A DNA stretch of 63,003 bases, the filler included. It is 6 parts of 6 records of this genome, joined end to end, with 100 filler letters (N's around TTAATTAATTAA, not from the genome) between each part and the next. Parts side by side here need not be neighbours in the genome. Positions count along the whole stretch, not along the records: positions 1 to 13,830 come from SRR9188677_170; positions 13,931 to 20,268 come from SRR9188677_174; 4 more parts are not named here. One strand, given 5' to 3'. The notes beneath the pieces were generated by a model, which was not told where the DNA came from, searched no databases, and saw only the letters and a list, made by a program, of their open reading frames with translations. The position numbers and the translations under genes are program-made. The first letter of the stretch is position 1. Every line of letters starts with the position of its first letter. Of the stretch, positions 8,664 through 17,786 are shown piece after piece.

Positions 8664-10865
8664 ATGAAAAAACTTTTACTTTTATTATCCATAATCCTTA
8701 TTTCTATCTCATCTTTTTCGCAAAAGATTAACGAATCCTTTCAGTTTAATATCAAAAAAACCGACACAAAAATCAAAATTGATGGTGTTCTTGATGATGA
8801 AGTTTGGAGTAAAACAGATATTGCTAAAGATTTCTGGATGATGACGCCAATGGATACTTCACAAAGCTTAACACCCACCGAAGTACGCCTTACTTATGAT
8901 GATAACTTTTTATATATCAGTGCCATTTGTCACGAAAAAATCAAGAATAAAGGATTTGTCGTAGAATCTTTGAAGAGAGATTTCAACTTTGGAAATAATG
9001 ATAATTTTTGGTTTATCCTTGAACCTTTCAATGATTTAACTAACGGTTTTGTCTTCGGGGTAAATGCTGCAGGCGCACAATTCGACGGCATCATTTCTGA
9101 AGGAACTAATTTGAATGCCAATTGGGACAATAAATGGTTTTCGGAAACCAAATACTTAGGCGACCGCTGGATTTTTGAAGCAGCCATTCCGTTTAAAACA
9201 CTTCGATACAAAGCTGGCGTAACCAAATGGGGAATGAATTTCAGCAGATTAGATTTAAAATCTGGCGAGAAATCTACTTGGGCTAGAATTCCAAGACAGT
9301 ATTTCAGTATCACGCTTGCCTATACGGGAACGATGAATTGGGAAACCCCTCCTCCTACTCCTAAAAGTAATATCTCAATCATTCCTTACGCTTTGGGTGG
9401 AACAAGTAAAAATTTTCAAGATGGTTCAGCCACAAGTATCAGAAAAGATGTTGGTTTAGATGCTAAAATTGCTGTTTCATCAGCCTTGAATTTAGATTTA
9501 ACGGTTAATCCAGATTTTTCTCAAGTAGATGTCGATAAGCAAGTAACCAATTTAAGTCGATTTGAATTATTCTTCCCTGAACGACGACAGTTCTTTTTAG
9601 AAAATGCCGACCTCTTCAATAATTTTGGTTTGAGCAGTATTCGTCCTTTCTTTTCAAGAAGAATTGGCTTAGGAGTACCCATTAATTATGGTGCTAGACT
9701 GAGCGGAAAAATCAACAATAACCTCAGAATCGGTGCGATGAATATCCAAACTGGAACAAGTGATTTGGATAATCGTCCGGGACAAAATTTTTCGGCATTG
9801 GTACTTCAACAAAAAGTATTTAGTCGTTCGAATATCAGTATGATGCTTTTAAATAAGCAGTCGCTTAATTATGATGAAATTATCAATAAAGGCTATAATC
9901 AATACAATAGAAACTTTGGTTTTGAATACAATTTAGCTTCAGCAAGTAATTTATGGACAGGCAAAGCCATGTACTTAAAATCATACAGCCCAAATACAAA
10001 AGGCGATGATTTTGTGAGTGCTTTTAATGTGTATCATAATGGTTTGAATTTCTTTGGAAGTATTCAATACGAATATGTTGGAAGCAATTATAATCCTGAA
10101 ATTGGCTATGTTCCTCGTGTTGGTTATCATAAAATTGCAATGCCATTACAATATAATTTTTATCCGAAACAGAAAGAAAGTATTGTTCAATATCATGCTC
10201 CCGCCTTTACTTCAAATACATATTGGAATACAGAAAAAGTGCTGACCGACTTTCAACGCCAATATTATTACTTGGTTACTATGAAAGATAGAAGTAGTTT
10301 GACTGCTTATTATGAAACCAATTATATCAAGCTTCCACGCCCTTTCGACCCAACTAATAAAGGAAGTGATGATAAATTAGCTGTAGGCAGCGAACATCGT
10401 TTTAGCTCTTTTAATCTTAATTATTTATCTACCCCAAGAAAAAGATATACTTTTGGTTTTACAGGAAGTTATGGAAGTTATTTTGGCGATGGAAAATTAC
10501 TCAGTATTTCAAGTGATTTTGGTTATCGTTTCCAGCCTTATGTGAGTTTATCAGCCAATATCAATTATGTTGATATTAGTGATGTAAAAATTCCTGTGAA
10601 AGACCAAGCTGATAAAATTGTGAAATCAAATTTTTGGTTAGTTAGTCCAAAAATTGATATTACTTTTACCAACAAATTATTCTGGACAACCTTTATTCAG
10701 TACAACGAACAAGTACAAAATGTAAATATTAATAGCCGTGTGCAATGGCGTTACAAACCAGCCTCAGATATATTTTTGGTTTATACCGATAATTATATTC
10801 CCGGAAGTTTGAATATTAAAAACAGAGCAATCGTCTTGAAATTTACTTATTGGTGGAATTTGTGA
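8664..10865 (+). CDS. CBM9-like sugar-binding plus DUF5916 outer-membrane protein
   Basis: Signal peptide; IDGVLDDEVW; TVNPDFSQVDVD...RFELFFPERRQFFLE; aromatic C-terminus. Confidence 0.85.
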   Translation: MKKLLLLLSIILISISSFSQKINESFQFNIKKTDTKIKIDGVLDDEVWSKTDIAKDFWMMTPMDTSQSLTPTEVRLTYDDNFLYISAICHEKIKNKGFVVESLKRDFNFGNNDNFWFILEPFNDLTNGFVFGVNAAGAQFDGIISEGTNLNANWDNKWFSETKYLGDRWIFEAAIPFKTLRYKAGVTKWGMNFSRLDLKSGEKSTWARIPRQYFSITLAYTGTMNWETPPPTPKSNISIIPYALGGTSKNFQDGSATSIRKDVGLDAKIAVSSALNLDLTVNPDFSQVDVDKQVTNLSRFELFFPERRQFFLENADLFNNFGLSSIRPFFSRRIGLGVPINYGARLSGKINNNLRIGAMNIQTGTSDLDNRPGQNFSALVLQQKVFSRSNISMMLLNKQSLNYDEIINKGYNQYNRNFGFEYNLASASNLWTGKAMYLKSYSPNTKGDDFVSAFNVYHNGLNFFGSIQYEYVGSNYNPEIGYVPRVGYHKIAMPLQYNFYPKQKESIVQYHAPAFTSNTYWNTEKVLTDFQRQYYYLVTMKDRSSLTAYYETNYIKLPRPFDPTNKGSDDKLAVGSEHRFSSFNLNYLSTPRKRYTFGFTGSYGSYFGDGKLLSISSDFGYRFQPYVSLSANINYVDISDVKIPVKDQADKIVKSNFWLVSPKIDITFTNKLFWTTFIQYNEQVQNVNINSRVQWRYKPASDIFLVYTDNYIPGSLNIKNRAIVLKFTYWWNL

Positions 10866-10960
10866 TAAGCTAACGGCTATGAGCGGTGAGATTTGAGTTT
10901 TTTATATTGAAAGACACAATGCTTACTGCTCATAATTATTAGCTCAAAACTAAAAAACAA

Positions 10961-10997
10961 AAAGCTCGAAGCTAATGGCTTAAAGCTCACAGCTAAA
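10961..10997. repeat. Degenerate heptamer tandem repeat
   Basis: AAAGCTC GAAGCTA ATGGCTT AAAGCTC ACAGCTA; a loosely complementary tract lies at ~10866-10890. Confidence 0.55.
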
Positions 10998-10999
10998 AT

Positions 11000-11284
11000 A
11001 TGAAATCCAAAATCACCATAGAATACTGCCCGAAATGTAATTGGCTGATGCGTTCGGCTTGGATGGCACAAGAATTACTGACAACTTTTGTTGAAGAATT
11101 AGGCGAAGTAAGTTTACGCCCAAGCGAAGTGTCTGGGCGTTTTCAAGTTTTTTTAGAAAATGAAGTGATTTTTGATAGAAAAAGAGAAGGACATTTTCCA
11201 GAAGCAAAGGAACTCAAACAAATTGTTCGAGACCTTGTTTGTCCAGAAAAAAGCTTGGGACATTCCGATAAAAAATCTACTTAA
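11000..11284 (+). CDS. SelT/SelW/SelH (Rdx) family protein
   Basis: ITIEYCPKCNWLMRSAWMAQELLTTF; FPEAKELKQIVRD; SLGHSD. Confidence 0.92.
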   Translation: MKSKITIEYCPKCNWLMRSAWMAQELLTTFVEELGEVSLRPSEVSGRFQVFLENEVIFDRKREGHFPEAKELKQIVRDLVCPEKSLGHSDKKST

Positions 11285-12491
11285 AAAAATACATTGCAAT
11301 AGCAAATGATAAAACCGATGCTGCAAAACCAAACATAAAAACAGTATAAGATACCCTCAAGTATTTATATTTTATGCCCAATACTTTGCCCAAATAATAA
11401 ATATCACGAGTCATACTGGCATAAAGGAAATCTGAATCATTCATCATTTCACGCATTCCCCATTCATAATCGGTCAATTCCATTTGGTGAAAATTACCAA
11501 AAAAGAGTAAGTTTGCCTTTTTCTCTTCAATATCTTCACGAGTAAATCTACCAGAAGTAACATTTGGTCGAACAGCCAAAATCGCAAAAATAGTAGCGAC
11601 TAAGCAAACAATTGTCAATAAAGCTGTTGGTAAAATCAAGTTTGGCCAATCCTCCAATTTTCTTGCCAATACACTGAGAACCAACGAAATAATAATTGAA
11701 TTAACCGAAATCATTATGTTGGCTTTGTTATCAGCCATAGCAGAAAGTTGAAAATGGTTTGTTGATGTTGTTCTAAACATCGTTTCTATTCCACGGTCTG
11801 GTTTTTTCAGTTTTTCGGTTTCTTTTCTGAGTTTCTTATCAAACTTACTTTCGTGAATTTCTGAAATAGCTGGAATGGGAATTTCAAAATTACTTTCTCC
11901 TTGAAATTCAGCCAATTTCAATATACCTTTTTTCAAATTTTCTTGTTTTGAAGCTTCAAAATGTTCACGAGCGTATTCTGTAAAATAATGATGATTTTGA
12001 ATTAATTCTACTGTCGATTCCCACCATTTCTTTTCTCCAATACTTTGCAAAATAGCACAAAATTCCACCCGCAAAGCTTCAGAATAATTCATAAAATCAG
12101 GTGACCCCAAATGTGATAAATCGGCATCACAAAGAATCATTTCCTTTTCATTCTGTGGATTTTGAGGCATTTTTGTTGCTTCAATACAGCCCAAAACTTT
12201 GTTTATACGCTTTTCAGGAACTTCTAAGCCTTCCAAAAACGTTTTCGCCATAAGTTTGCTTCTATCCTCATGTTTGATACATCCTTCTTGGTAACCAACA
12301 TCATGTAGCCAAGCAGCAATCAGAATCGTTTCCAACGCTTTATCTGAAAGGTCAGAAGCTTTACCAATTTCCTCCGAAACTTTTACCACATGTTGGGTAT
12401 GTCCCAAATTATGATAAATCAATTCCGAAGGTAATTTCTTTAAAATTCCTTCAGCATATTCTTGTACCTTTATGAGCAATTCCGTTTGCAT
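11277..12491 (-). CDS. HD-domain phosphohydrolase fused to a Pycsar-effector-type (DUF5706) TM domain
   Basis: YHNLGHT...WLHDVG...CDADL HD motifs; ADNKANIMISVN, LLFFGNF, LGIKYKYLR with 3 TM helices. Confidence 0.85.
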   Translation of the reverse strand: MQTELLIKVQEYAEGILKKLPSELIYHNLGHTQHVVKVSEEIGKASDLSDKALETILIAAWLHDVGYQEGCIKHEDRSKLMAKTFLEGLEVPEKRINKVLGCIEATKMPQNPQNEKEMILCDADLSHLGSPDFMNYSEALRVEFCAILQSIGEKKWWESTVELIQNHHYFTEYAREHFEASKQENLKKGILKLAEFQGESNFEIPIPAISEIHESKFDKKLRKETEKLKKPDRGIETMFRTTSTNHFQLSAMADNKANIMISVNSIIISLVLSVLARKLEDWPNLILPTALLTIVCLVATIFAILAVRPNVTSGRFTREDIEEKKANLLFFGNFHQMELTDYEWGMREMMNDSDFLYASMTRDIYYLGKVLGIKYKYLRVSYTVFMFGFAASVLSFAIAMYFFK

Positions 12492-12522
12492 AATATACTT
12501 AAAACATTAAAATAAAAGCATA

Positions 12523-13374
12523 ATGATCTCTTCCAAAACTTTAATTCTACTAACTTTCGTTCCATTGTCGTTCTTTTCTTGTGAAAGTAAAAACAAACAC
12601 CAAGAAAAAGACATCAAACAAGAAGATTCTGAGGCATTTAAGCTTCAATATGATTTTGAAAATCCTACTGAAAAAATCGTTCTACCGAATAGTCTTCAAG
12701 AAATTTCTGGACTGTCATTTTATAAAAATAATCAATTGGCTTGCATTAATGACGAAGAAGGCAAAGTTTTTATTTTCGACTTTGTAAAAAAAGAAATTTC
12801 ACAGACAATTCCCTTTGGCAAAAAAGGTGACTACGAAGGCGTTGAAGTAATTGGAAATGAAGTATTTATACTGAAAAGCAATGGCATGATTAAGAGCTTT
12901 AAAATTGGTGAAGCTTTTGAAAGAGAAATTGATTGTAGCGACCCAGACGTAATTGAATATGAAGGACTTGGCTATGATCCCAAAACTGGAAATTTACTAT
13001 TAGCTGCCAAGCAAAGAGTAAAAGATGTTGATAACAAAAAGATGATTTATGCTTACGATTTCAACAGAAAAGTATTGTTTAAATCTATTGCCATTCCAGA
13101 AGAAAAATTAGTAGGAAAAGATGGCAAAAAAATGTTCAGACCTTCAGGAATTGCAGTTCACCCAATCACTCAGCAAGTTTTTATTATTGCTTCACAAGGG
13201 AAAAAACTCTTGATTTTATCAAAAGACGGAGCCAAAGAAGCTTTAGTAGATTTGAGTCCTTCACTTTATAAACAACCAGAAGGCATTTGTTTTACTCCTG
13301 ATGGAAATCTATTTATTTCATCAGAAGGCGATGGTGGCGATGGCTATATCTTGAAATTTGATTACAAAAAATAG
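12523..13374 (+). CDS. SdiA-regulated/YjiK-like beta-propeller lipoprotein
   Basis: Lipobox FFSC; LQEISGL, DYEGV, EYEGLGY, PSGIAVHP, QPEGICF blade motifs. Confidence 0.82.
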   Translation: MISSKTLILLTFVPLSFFSCESKNKHQEKDIKQEDSEAFKLQYDFENPTEKIVLPNSLQEISGLSFYKNNQLACINDEEGKVFIFDFVKKEISQTIPFGKKGDYEGVEVIGNEVFILKSNGMIKSFKIGEAFEREIDCSDPDVIEYEGLGYDPKTGNLLLAAKQRVKDVDNKKMIYAYDFNRKVLFKSIAIPEEKLVGKDGKKMFRPSGIAVHPITQQVFIIASQGKKLLILSKDGAKEALVDLSPSLYKQPEGICFTPDGNLFISSEGDGGDGYILKFDYKK

Positions 13375-13420
13375 ATCGTAACAGTAAAACAAACGAGCCA
13401 TTACAATCAAATAGCTGGAC

Positions 13421-13458
13421 AACTCATAATTCACAATTCACAATTCATAACTATTAAC
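13421..13458. repeat. Heptamer tandem repeat
   Basis: AACTCAT AATTCAC AATTCAC AATTCAT AACTATT. Confidence 0.65.
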
Positions 13459-13500
13459 AAGTCCATTACTAAGCCTCCATCTTTATCAACCAAAACATAT

Positions 13501-13830
13501 ATGAAGACAGCTCTCAAACAGAACATTGTTACAGGCTTTAGTCTATTACTTTCTATCTTGGGGAATGCAACATTGGGCTACAGTCAAACTACTCCCAATT
13601 ACTCTATTTTTTTAATTGGTGATGCTGGTGAACCACCAAAAAATGGTGCAAACCAAGTACTAACGCCATTAAAAAGACAAATGCAGAAGGCTGGAAAAAA
13701 TTCTTCTATTGTTTTTTTGGGAGATAATGTTTACCCAAAAGGTTTAAGTAATCTTGATGAACCCAATCGAAAAAATGATTCTACTCGTTTAGCAGAACAA
13801 TTAGCGATTTTAAAAGATTACGAAGGAAAA
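13501..13830 (+). CDS. Secreted metallophosphoesterase (truncated by contig end)
   Basis: Signal peptide; FLIGDAG and FLGDNVYP calcineurin-like motifs. Confidence 0.82.
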
Positions 13831-13930
13831 NNNNNNNNNNNNNNNNNNNNNNNNNNNNNNNNNNNNNNNNNNNNTTAATTAATTAANNNNNNNNNNNNNN
13901 NNNNNNNNNNNNNNNNNNNNNNNNNNNNNN
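13831..13930. other. Artificial contig linker
   Basis: N-run with TTAATTAATTAA all-frame stop; abrupt GC shift. Confidence 0.99.
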
Positions 13931-13973
13931 GGTGAATTGGCGGGCACCGCCAAGAGGGGGCGCGAGCGCCCCC

Positions 13974-14612
13974 TTAGCCTTTCGCCTTTTCGGCCAATTC
14001 GTCGATCACGCCCTGCCACAGATGCACCGGCTGCGCGCCCGAAACCACATAGTGCTGCGCGATCAGGAAGGTCGGCACCGCCGTCACACCCTTTTGTCGC
14101 GCGTCGCGATCACGCGCCAAAAGGTCGTCGCGGTCGGCATCGGTCGCCAGAAGCCGCGCCACGGCGGCGGCGTCGAGGCCCACCTCTCCCGCCAGCCGCG
14201 CCAGCGTGGCCGCATCGCCCACATCCAGACCCTCGCGCCAATGCGCACGGAACAGGCGTGACACCATCGCCGTCTGGCGCCCCTCGATCCCGGCCCAATG
14301 GATCAGCCGGTGCGCATCCATCGTGTTGGGCAGCACGGACACCTTGTCGATCTCCATCTCGGCCCCGGCGTCTTTTGCCGCCTTGGCCACGTTCTGCATC
14401 ATGGAAAGCGCCCGCTCGCGCCCGCCGAATTTGCCCGCCAGATACTCCACATGCCCCACCCCTTCGCGCGGCATGTCGGGGTTGAGCTGGAACGGATGCC
14501 ATTCGATGCGGAACGGATGGTCGGCCCGGCTTTCCAGCGCACGGTCCAGATGGGTCTTGCCGATGTAGCACCACGGGCAAACGATGTCGGAGAAGATGTC
14601 GAGACGGATCAC
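13974..14612 (-). CDS. DsbA family oxidoreductase (FrnE-like)
   Basis: FSDIVCPWCYIG; PFQLNP; GVTAVPTF; VSGAQP. Confidence 0.93.
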   Translation of the reverse strand: MIRLDIFSDIVCPWCYIGKTHLDRALESRADHPFRIEWHPFQLNPDMPREGVGHVEYLAGKFGGRERALSMMQNVAKAAKDAGAEMEIDKVSVLPNTMDAHRLIHWAGIEGRQTAMVSRLFRAHWREGLDVGDAATLARLAGEVGLDAAAVARLLATDADRDDLLARDRDARQKGVTAVPTFLIAQHYVVSGAQPVHLWQGVIDELAEKAKG

Positions 14613-16090
14613 GAAGCAGCCCTTTCGGCATGAAGCGCCCTAAGGGCGCGGCGGTTGAGCTTGTTGTTGGCCGAACGGGGCAGGGCGTCAACCTGCATCC
14701 ACAGCCGCGGCTGCTTCCATCGCGCAAGCGAGAGAGCGGCACGTTCCTGCAAGGCCGCCTCGTCGGCGTCACCCGTATAAAAACCCGCGATCACCCGCAC
14801 GCCAGGCCTCACCTCGACCTCCGTCACCGCCACCTCGGCCAGCCCGGAAAAGGCCGCCTCGACCTCCAGCGGCGACACGCGAAACCCGCCCGCATTCATC
14901 ATCTCGTCGGCGCGTCCCAGATAGGTGATCGCCCCGTCCGCCGCCTGCCGCACCAGATCGCCGGTCACGAACCATTCGCCTCGAAACCGCGCCTGCGTAG
15001 CCGCCTCGTCGCCCAGATAGCCCAGCATCAGCCCCGGATCGCTGCGATGCACGGCCAGAACACCTTCGCCGTCCACGCCGTCGAGCACCATCACCCGCCG
15101 TCCGTCCTGAGCGTATCCGACAGCCCCTCGCGGCGCAGGCCGCAGCGGCGAGCCGGAAACAAAGGTCGAACATTCCGACATTCCCAGCGCCTCGTGCACA
15201 TCCGTCCCAGTTCGTGCCCGCCACTCGTCGGCCAGTGCCACGGGCATCGTCTCGCCCGCCACAAGCGCGTGGCGCAGGCGCGGCAGCGCGGACAAGGCCC
15301 CGCGCAGCACCTGCCGCACCACACCGGGTGCTGCGGCAAAGATCGTCGCGTCAAACCGCTTGAGCAAAAGCCCCAGCGCCTCGACCGGCACGCCCGCCGC
15401 TGGCACCAAGGCGGTCGCGCCCACGGTCCACGGGTCCATCAGACCCGTGCCCAGCGTATAGGTCCAGTTCATCGCTCCCGCATGCAGCAGGCGGTCGGCC
15501 TCGCCCAACCCTTCCCAGCCCTGATGCATCATGCGCCGCGCCATGATCGCCCGATGCGCGTGGCCCACCGCCATCGCCCGCCCGCTGGTTCCGCTGGTAA
15601 AGACCGCATAGGCCAGCCGTTCCGGATCGTCCATCGCCCAGCCGCAGGGCGCCAACGTCTCCATCGCCAGAATATCGCGCGCCGCCATGACGGGGCAGGG
15701 CAGCGGGTCGGGCAGCGCCACGCCGTCCTCCGCCACGATCAGCGCAGGCCCGACCACGCCCGCCATCCGCGTGATCTCGGCCACCGTCAGCGAGGCCGAG
15801 GTCGGCACCGGCACCAGCCCCGCCGCGATCGCTCCCAGAAACAGCACCGGAAAGGCCACGCCATTCCCGACCCGCATCAGCACGCGGTCTCCCGGTTGCA
15901 GTCCCCGCGCCAAAAGCCCCGTCCCGCATCCGCGCACCGCCGCTTCCAGCCGCGCATAGCTCCACCGCTCGGCCCCCGTCTGGCGCAGCACCTGCAACGC
16001 GATCTTGTCGGGCAAACGCGCGGCACTTCCCTCCAGCACATGACGGGCAAGGTTGAACGGCGCGGGGCAGGGGTTGGCGGGCTTTGTCAT
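14609..16090 (-). CDS. Class I adenylate-forming enzyme (acyl-CoA ligase)
   Basis: FTSGTSG P-loop, GMSE, TGD, GRADE, LPRSANNKLNR; 4-nt overlap with the DsbA gene. Confidence 0.92.
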   Translation of the reverse strand: MTKPANPCPAPFNLARHVLEGSAARLPDKIALQVLRQTGAERWSYARLEAAVRGCGTGLLARGLQPGDRVLMRVGNGVAFPVLFLGAIAAGLVPVPTSASLTVAEITRMAGVVGPALIVAEDGVALPDPLPCPVMAARDILAMETLAPCGWAMDDPERLAYAVFTSGTSGRAMAVGHAHRAIMARRMMHQGWEGLGEADRLLHAGAMNWTYTLGTGLMDPWTVGATALVPAAGVPVEALGLLLKRFDATIFAAAPGVVRQVLRGALSALPRLRHALVAGETMPVALADEWRARTGTDVHEALGMSECSTFVSGSPLRPAPRGAVGYAQDGRRVMVLDGVDGEGVLAVHRSDPGLMLGYLGDEAATQARFRGEWFVTGDLVRQAADGAITYLGRADEMMNAGGFRVSPLEVEAAFSGLAEVAVTEVEVRPGVRVIAGFYTGDADEAALQERAALSLARWKQPRLWMQVDALPRSANNKLNRRALRALHAERAAS

Positions 16091-16154
16091 GGCCCCGTTC
16101 TAACGCCGCCCTCCACGGTTGCAAGCAAGCGCGCCGCCCTGTAATGGCCTCTCC

Positions 16155-16778
16155 ATGGCCGGAAGCGACCCCAAATCCATGATCCGCATCGCCCGCGAAA
16201 GCGGCGAGGATGCGCCTGTGGCTCCGCTCGACCTTGGCTTGCGTGTCCGCGAACTCCGCAAGGCCAAGGGCTGGACGCTGGAACAGGCCGCAGTGCAGGC
16301 GGGACTTGCCCGATCTACCCTGTCCAAAATCGAGAACGGCCAGATGTCGCCCACCTACGAGGCGCTCAAGAAACTGGCCGAGGGCCTGTCGATTTCTGTC
16401 CCGCAGCTTTTCACCCCGCCGTCCCGCGCGCAGGTCTCGGGCCGGATGACCACCACCAAGGCGGGCGAAGGAGCGGGCCACGCCACGGCCACCTACGAAC
16501 ACGAACTCCTCGCCGCCCAGATGACCCGCAAGCAGATGCTGCCCTACCGCGCCCGCATCCGCGCCCGCGACGTGGCAGAATTCAACGGCTGGGTCCGCCA
16601 CGACGGCGAGGAATTCCTGTATGTCCTGACAGGCGTGGTCCGGCTTTACACCGAATTCTACGAACCCGTAGACCTGCGGCGCGGCGACAGCGCCTATTAC
16701 GACGCCAGCATGGGCCACAACGTCATCAGCCTGTCCGACGAGGACGCGACCATCCTCTGGGTCACGTCGCTGGTCTAG
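16155..16778 (+). CDS. XRE-family HTH regulator with cupin domain
   Basis: TLEQAA...STLSKIENG HTH; HDGEEFLYVLTG...GDSAYYDASMGH cupin; start uncertain. Confidence 0.9.
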   Translation: MAGSDPKSMIRIARESGEDAPVAPLDLGLRVRELRKAKGWTLEQAAVQAGLARSTLSKIENGQMSPTYEALKKLAEGLSISVPQLFTPPSRAQVSGRMTTTKAGEGAGHATATYEHELLAAQMTRKQMLPYRARIRARDVAEFNGWVRHDGEEFLYVLTGVVRLYTEFYEPVDLRRGDSAYYDASMGHNVISLSDEDATILWVTSLV

Positions 16779-16799
16779 CGCGACGGTTCGAACGTCACG

Positions 16800-17540
16800 T
16801 CAAACCGGCATCCCGCGTGGCCCGCCGTCCTCGTCACCGGCCAGATCGTCGTCGTCCAGATCGTCGTCGTCGAGATCGTCGTCGTCGAGATCGTCGTCGT
16901 CCAGATCGTCCTCCTCGTCCAGTTCCTGATCCGACAGGTCGTCGTCCTCGGCCCCGTCCGCCTCGTCATCGTCGAGCGCGTCGTCTTCCACCTCGTCGTC
17001 TTCCAGTTCTTCGTCGTCCACGTCATCCTCGTCCATCGCGTCCTCCTCCATCTCCACACCTTCCGGGACGTCGAGCGCAGCCTCGACGTCCTGCCCCGGA
17101 TCGTTCCCCGCCGACCCGATGACCATATCCGACGGCCCGCCCCCCACATCGCCGATCGCCCTCTGGCAGGCATCGGCACAGGCGCGGCAGGCCTCGGCGC
17201 AGATGCGGCAATGGTCGTGCATGGCGGCGTGGCGTTCGCATTCCTCGGCGCACAAATGGCAGGCCGTGGCGCAGACCGACAGCATCTGCGCGATCAACCG
17301 CTCGTTCGACCCCGTCCGCCGAGTCGCCAGAAGCCCCGTGGTCGCACAGATATCCGCACAATCGAGGCAAAGCCGCACGCATTGCCGCAGCCGCTCGACC
17401 ATATCCTCGGCCAGACAGGCATCGGCGCAGCTGGTGCAGGACTGCGCGCAGGACAGCGTCTCTTCGATGGCCGCGATCAGCAGCCTTGCGGTGCTGCCTT
17501 TCACATCGGGATGGGTGGCGATGATCTCTTCTGCGCGCAT
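16800..17540 (-). CDS. Four-helix-bundle copper-binding protein (Csp3/DUF326) with long acidic tail
   Basis: 17 Cys in Cx2C/Cx3C repeats; GAGGAG RBS before ATG at 17540; D/E-rich C-terminus. Confidence 0.82.
   Translation of the reverse strand: MRAEEIIATHPDVKGSTARLLIAAIEETLSCAQSCTSCADACLAEDMVERLRQCVRLCLDCADICATTGLLATRRTGSNERLIAQMLSVCATACHLCAEECERHAAMHDHCRICAEACRACADACQRAIGDVGGGPSDMVIGSAGNDPGQDVEAALDVPEGVEMEEDAMDEDDVDDEELEDDEVEDDALDDDEADGAEDDDLSDQELDEEDDLDDDDLDDDDLDDDDLDDDDLAGDEDGGPRGMPV
16842..16916. repeat. 15-bp tandem repeat encoding DDDDL
   Basis: (C/G)AGATCGTCGTCGTC x4 plus one degenerate unit. Confidence 0.9.
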
Positions 17541-17656
17541 GGGTCGGCTCCTCGGGCAAGATTGCTCCCGCCAACGCCGCCCCCGCCCCCCTGTTCCGCG
17601 CAAATGCAAGGGGCCGGACATCGCTGTCCGGCCCCTGCCAACCGGCCAAGCATTGC

Positions 17657-17779
17657 TCAGCCGCCGAACCATCCCTGCACGGTCTGGGCACCCTGCGACA
17701 CATCCTGCCCTACGCCCGAAACCGTGTTGCATCCGGTCAGGGCCAAAGCCATCACCCCCAGCAGAACCAATCGTTTCAT
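17657..17779 (-). CDS. Entericidin A/B family lipoprotein
   Basis: 40 aa MKRLVLLGVMALALTGCNTVSGVGQDVS...; lipobox LTGC; RBS GAGGAG upstream. Confidence 0.88.
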   Translation of the reverse strand: MKRLVLLGVMALALTGCNTVSGVGQDVSQGAQTVQGWFGG

Positions 17780-17786
17780 CTCGTCA

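Noticed and set aside
11000-11284. Possible selenoprotein
   Set aside because: The motif is CPKC with Cys codons; there is no in-frame TGA.
13831-13930. Repeated TTAATTAATTAA inside N-runs and GC jumps suggesting islands or HGT
   Set aside because: Identical 100-nt artificial linkers (five in the window) join contigs from different organisms.
16842-16916. Possible CRISPR-like repeat
   Set aside because: Contiguous 15-bp coding repeat with no spacers; I found no CRISPR array or cas gene anywhere in the window.
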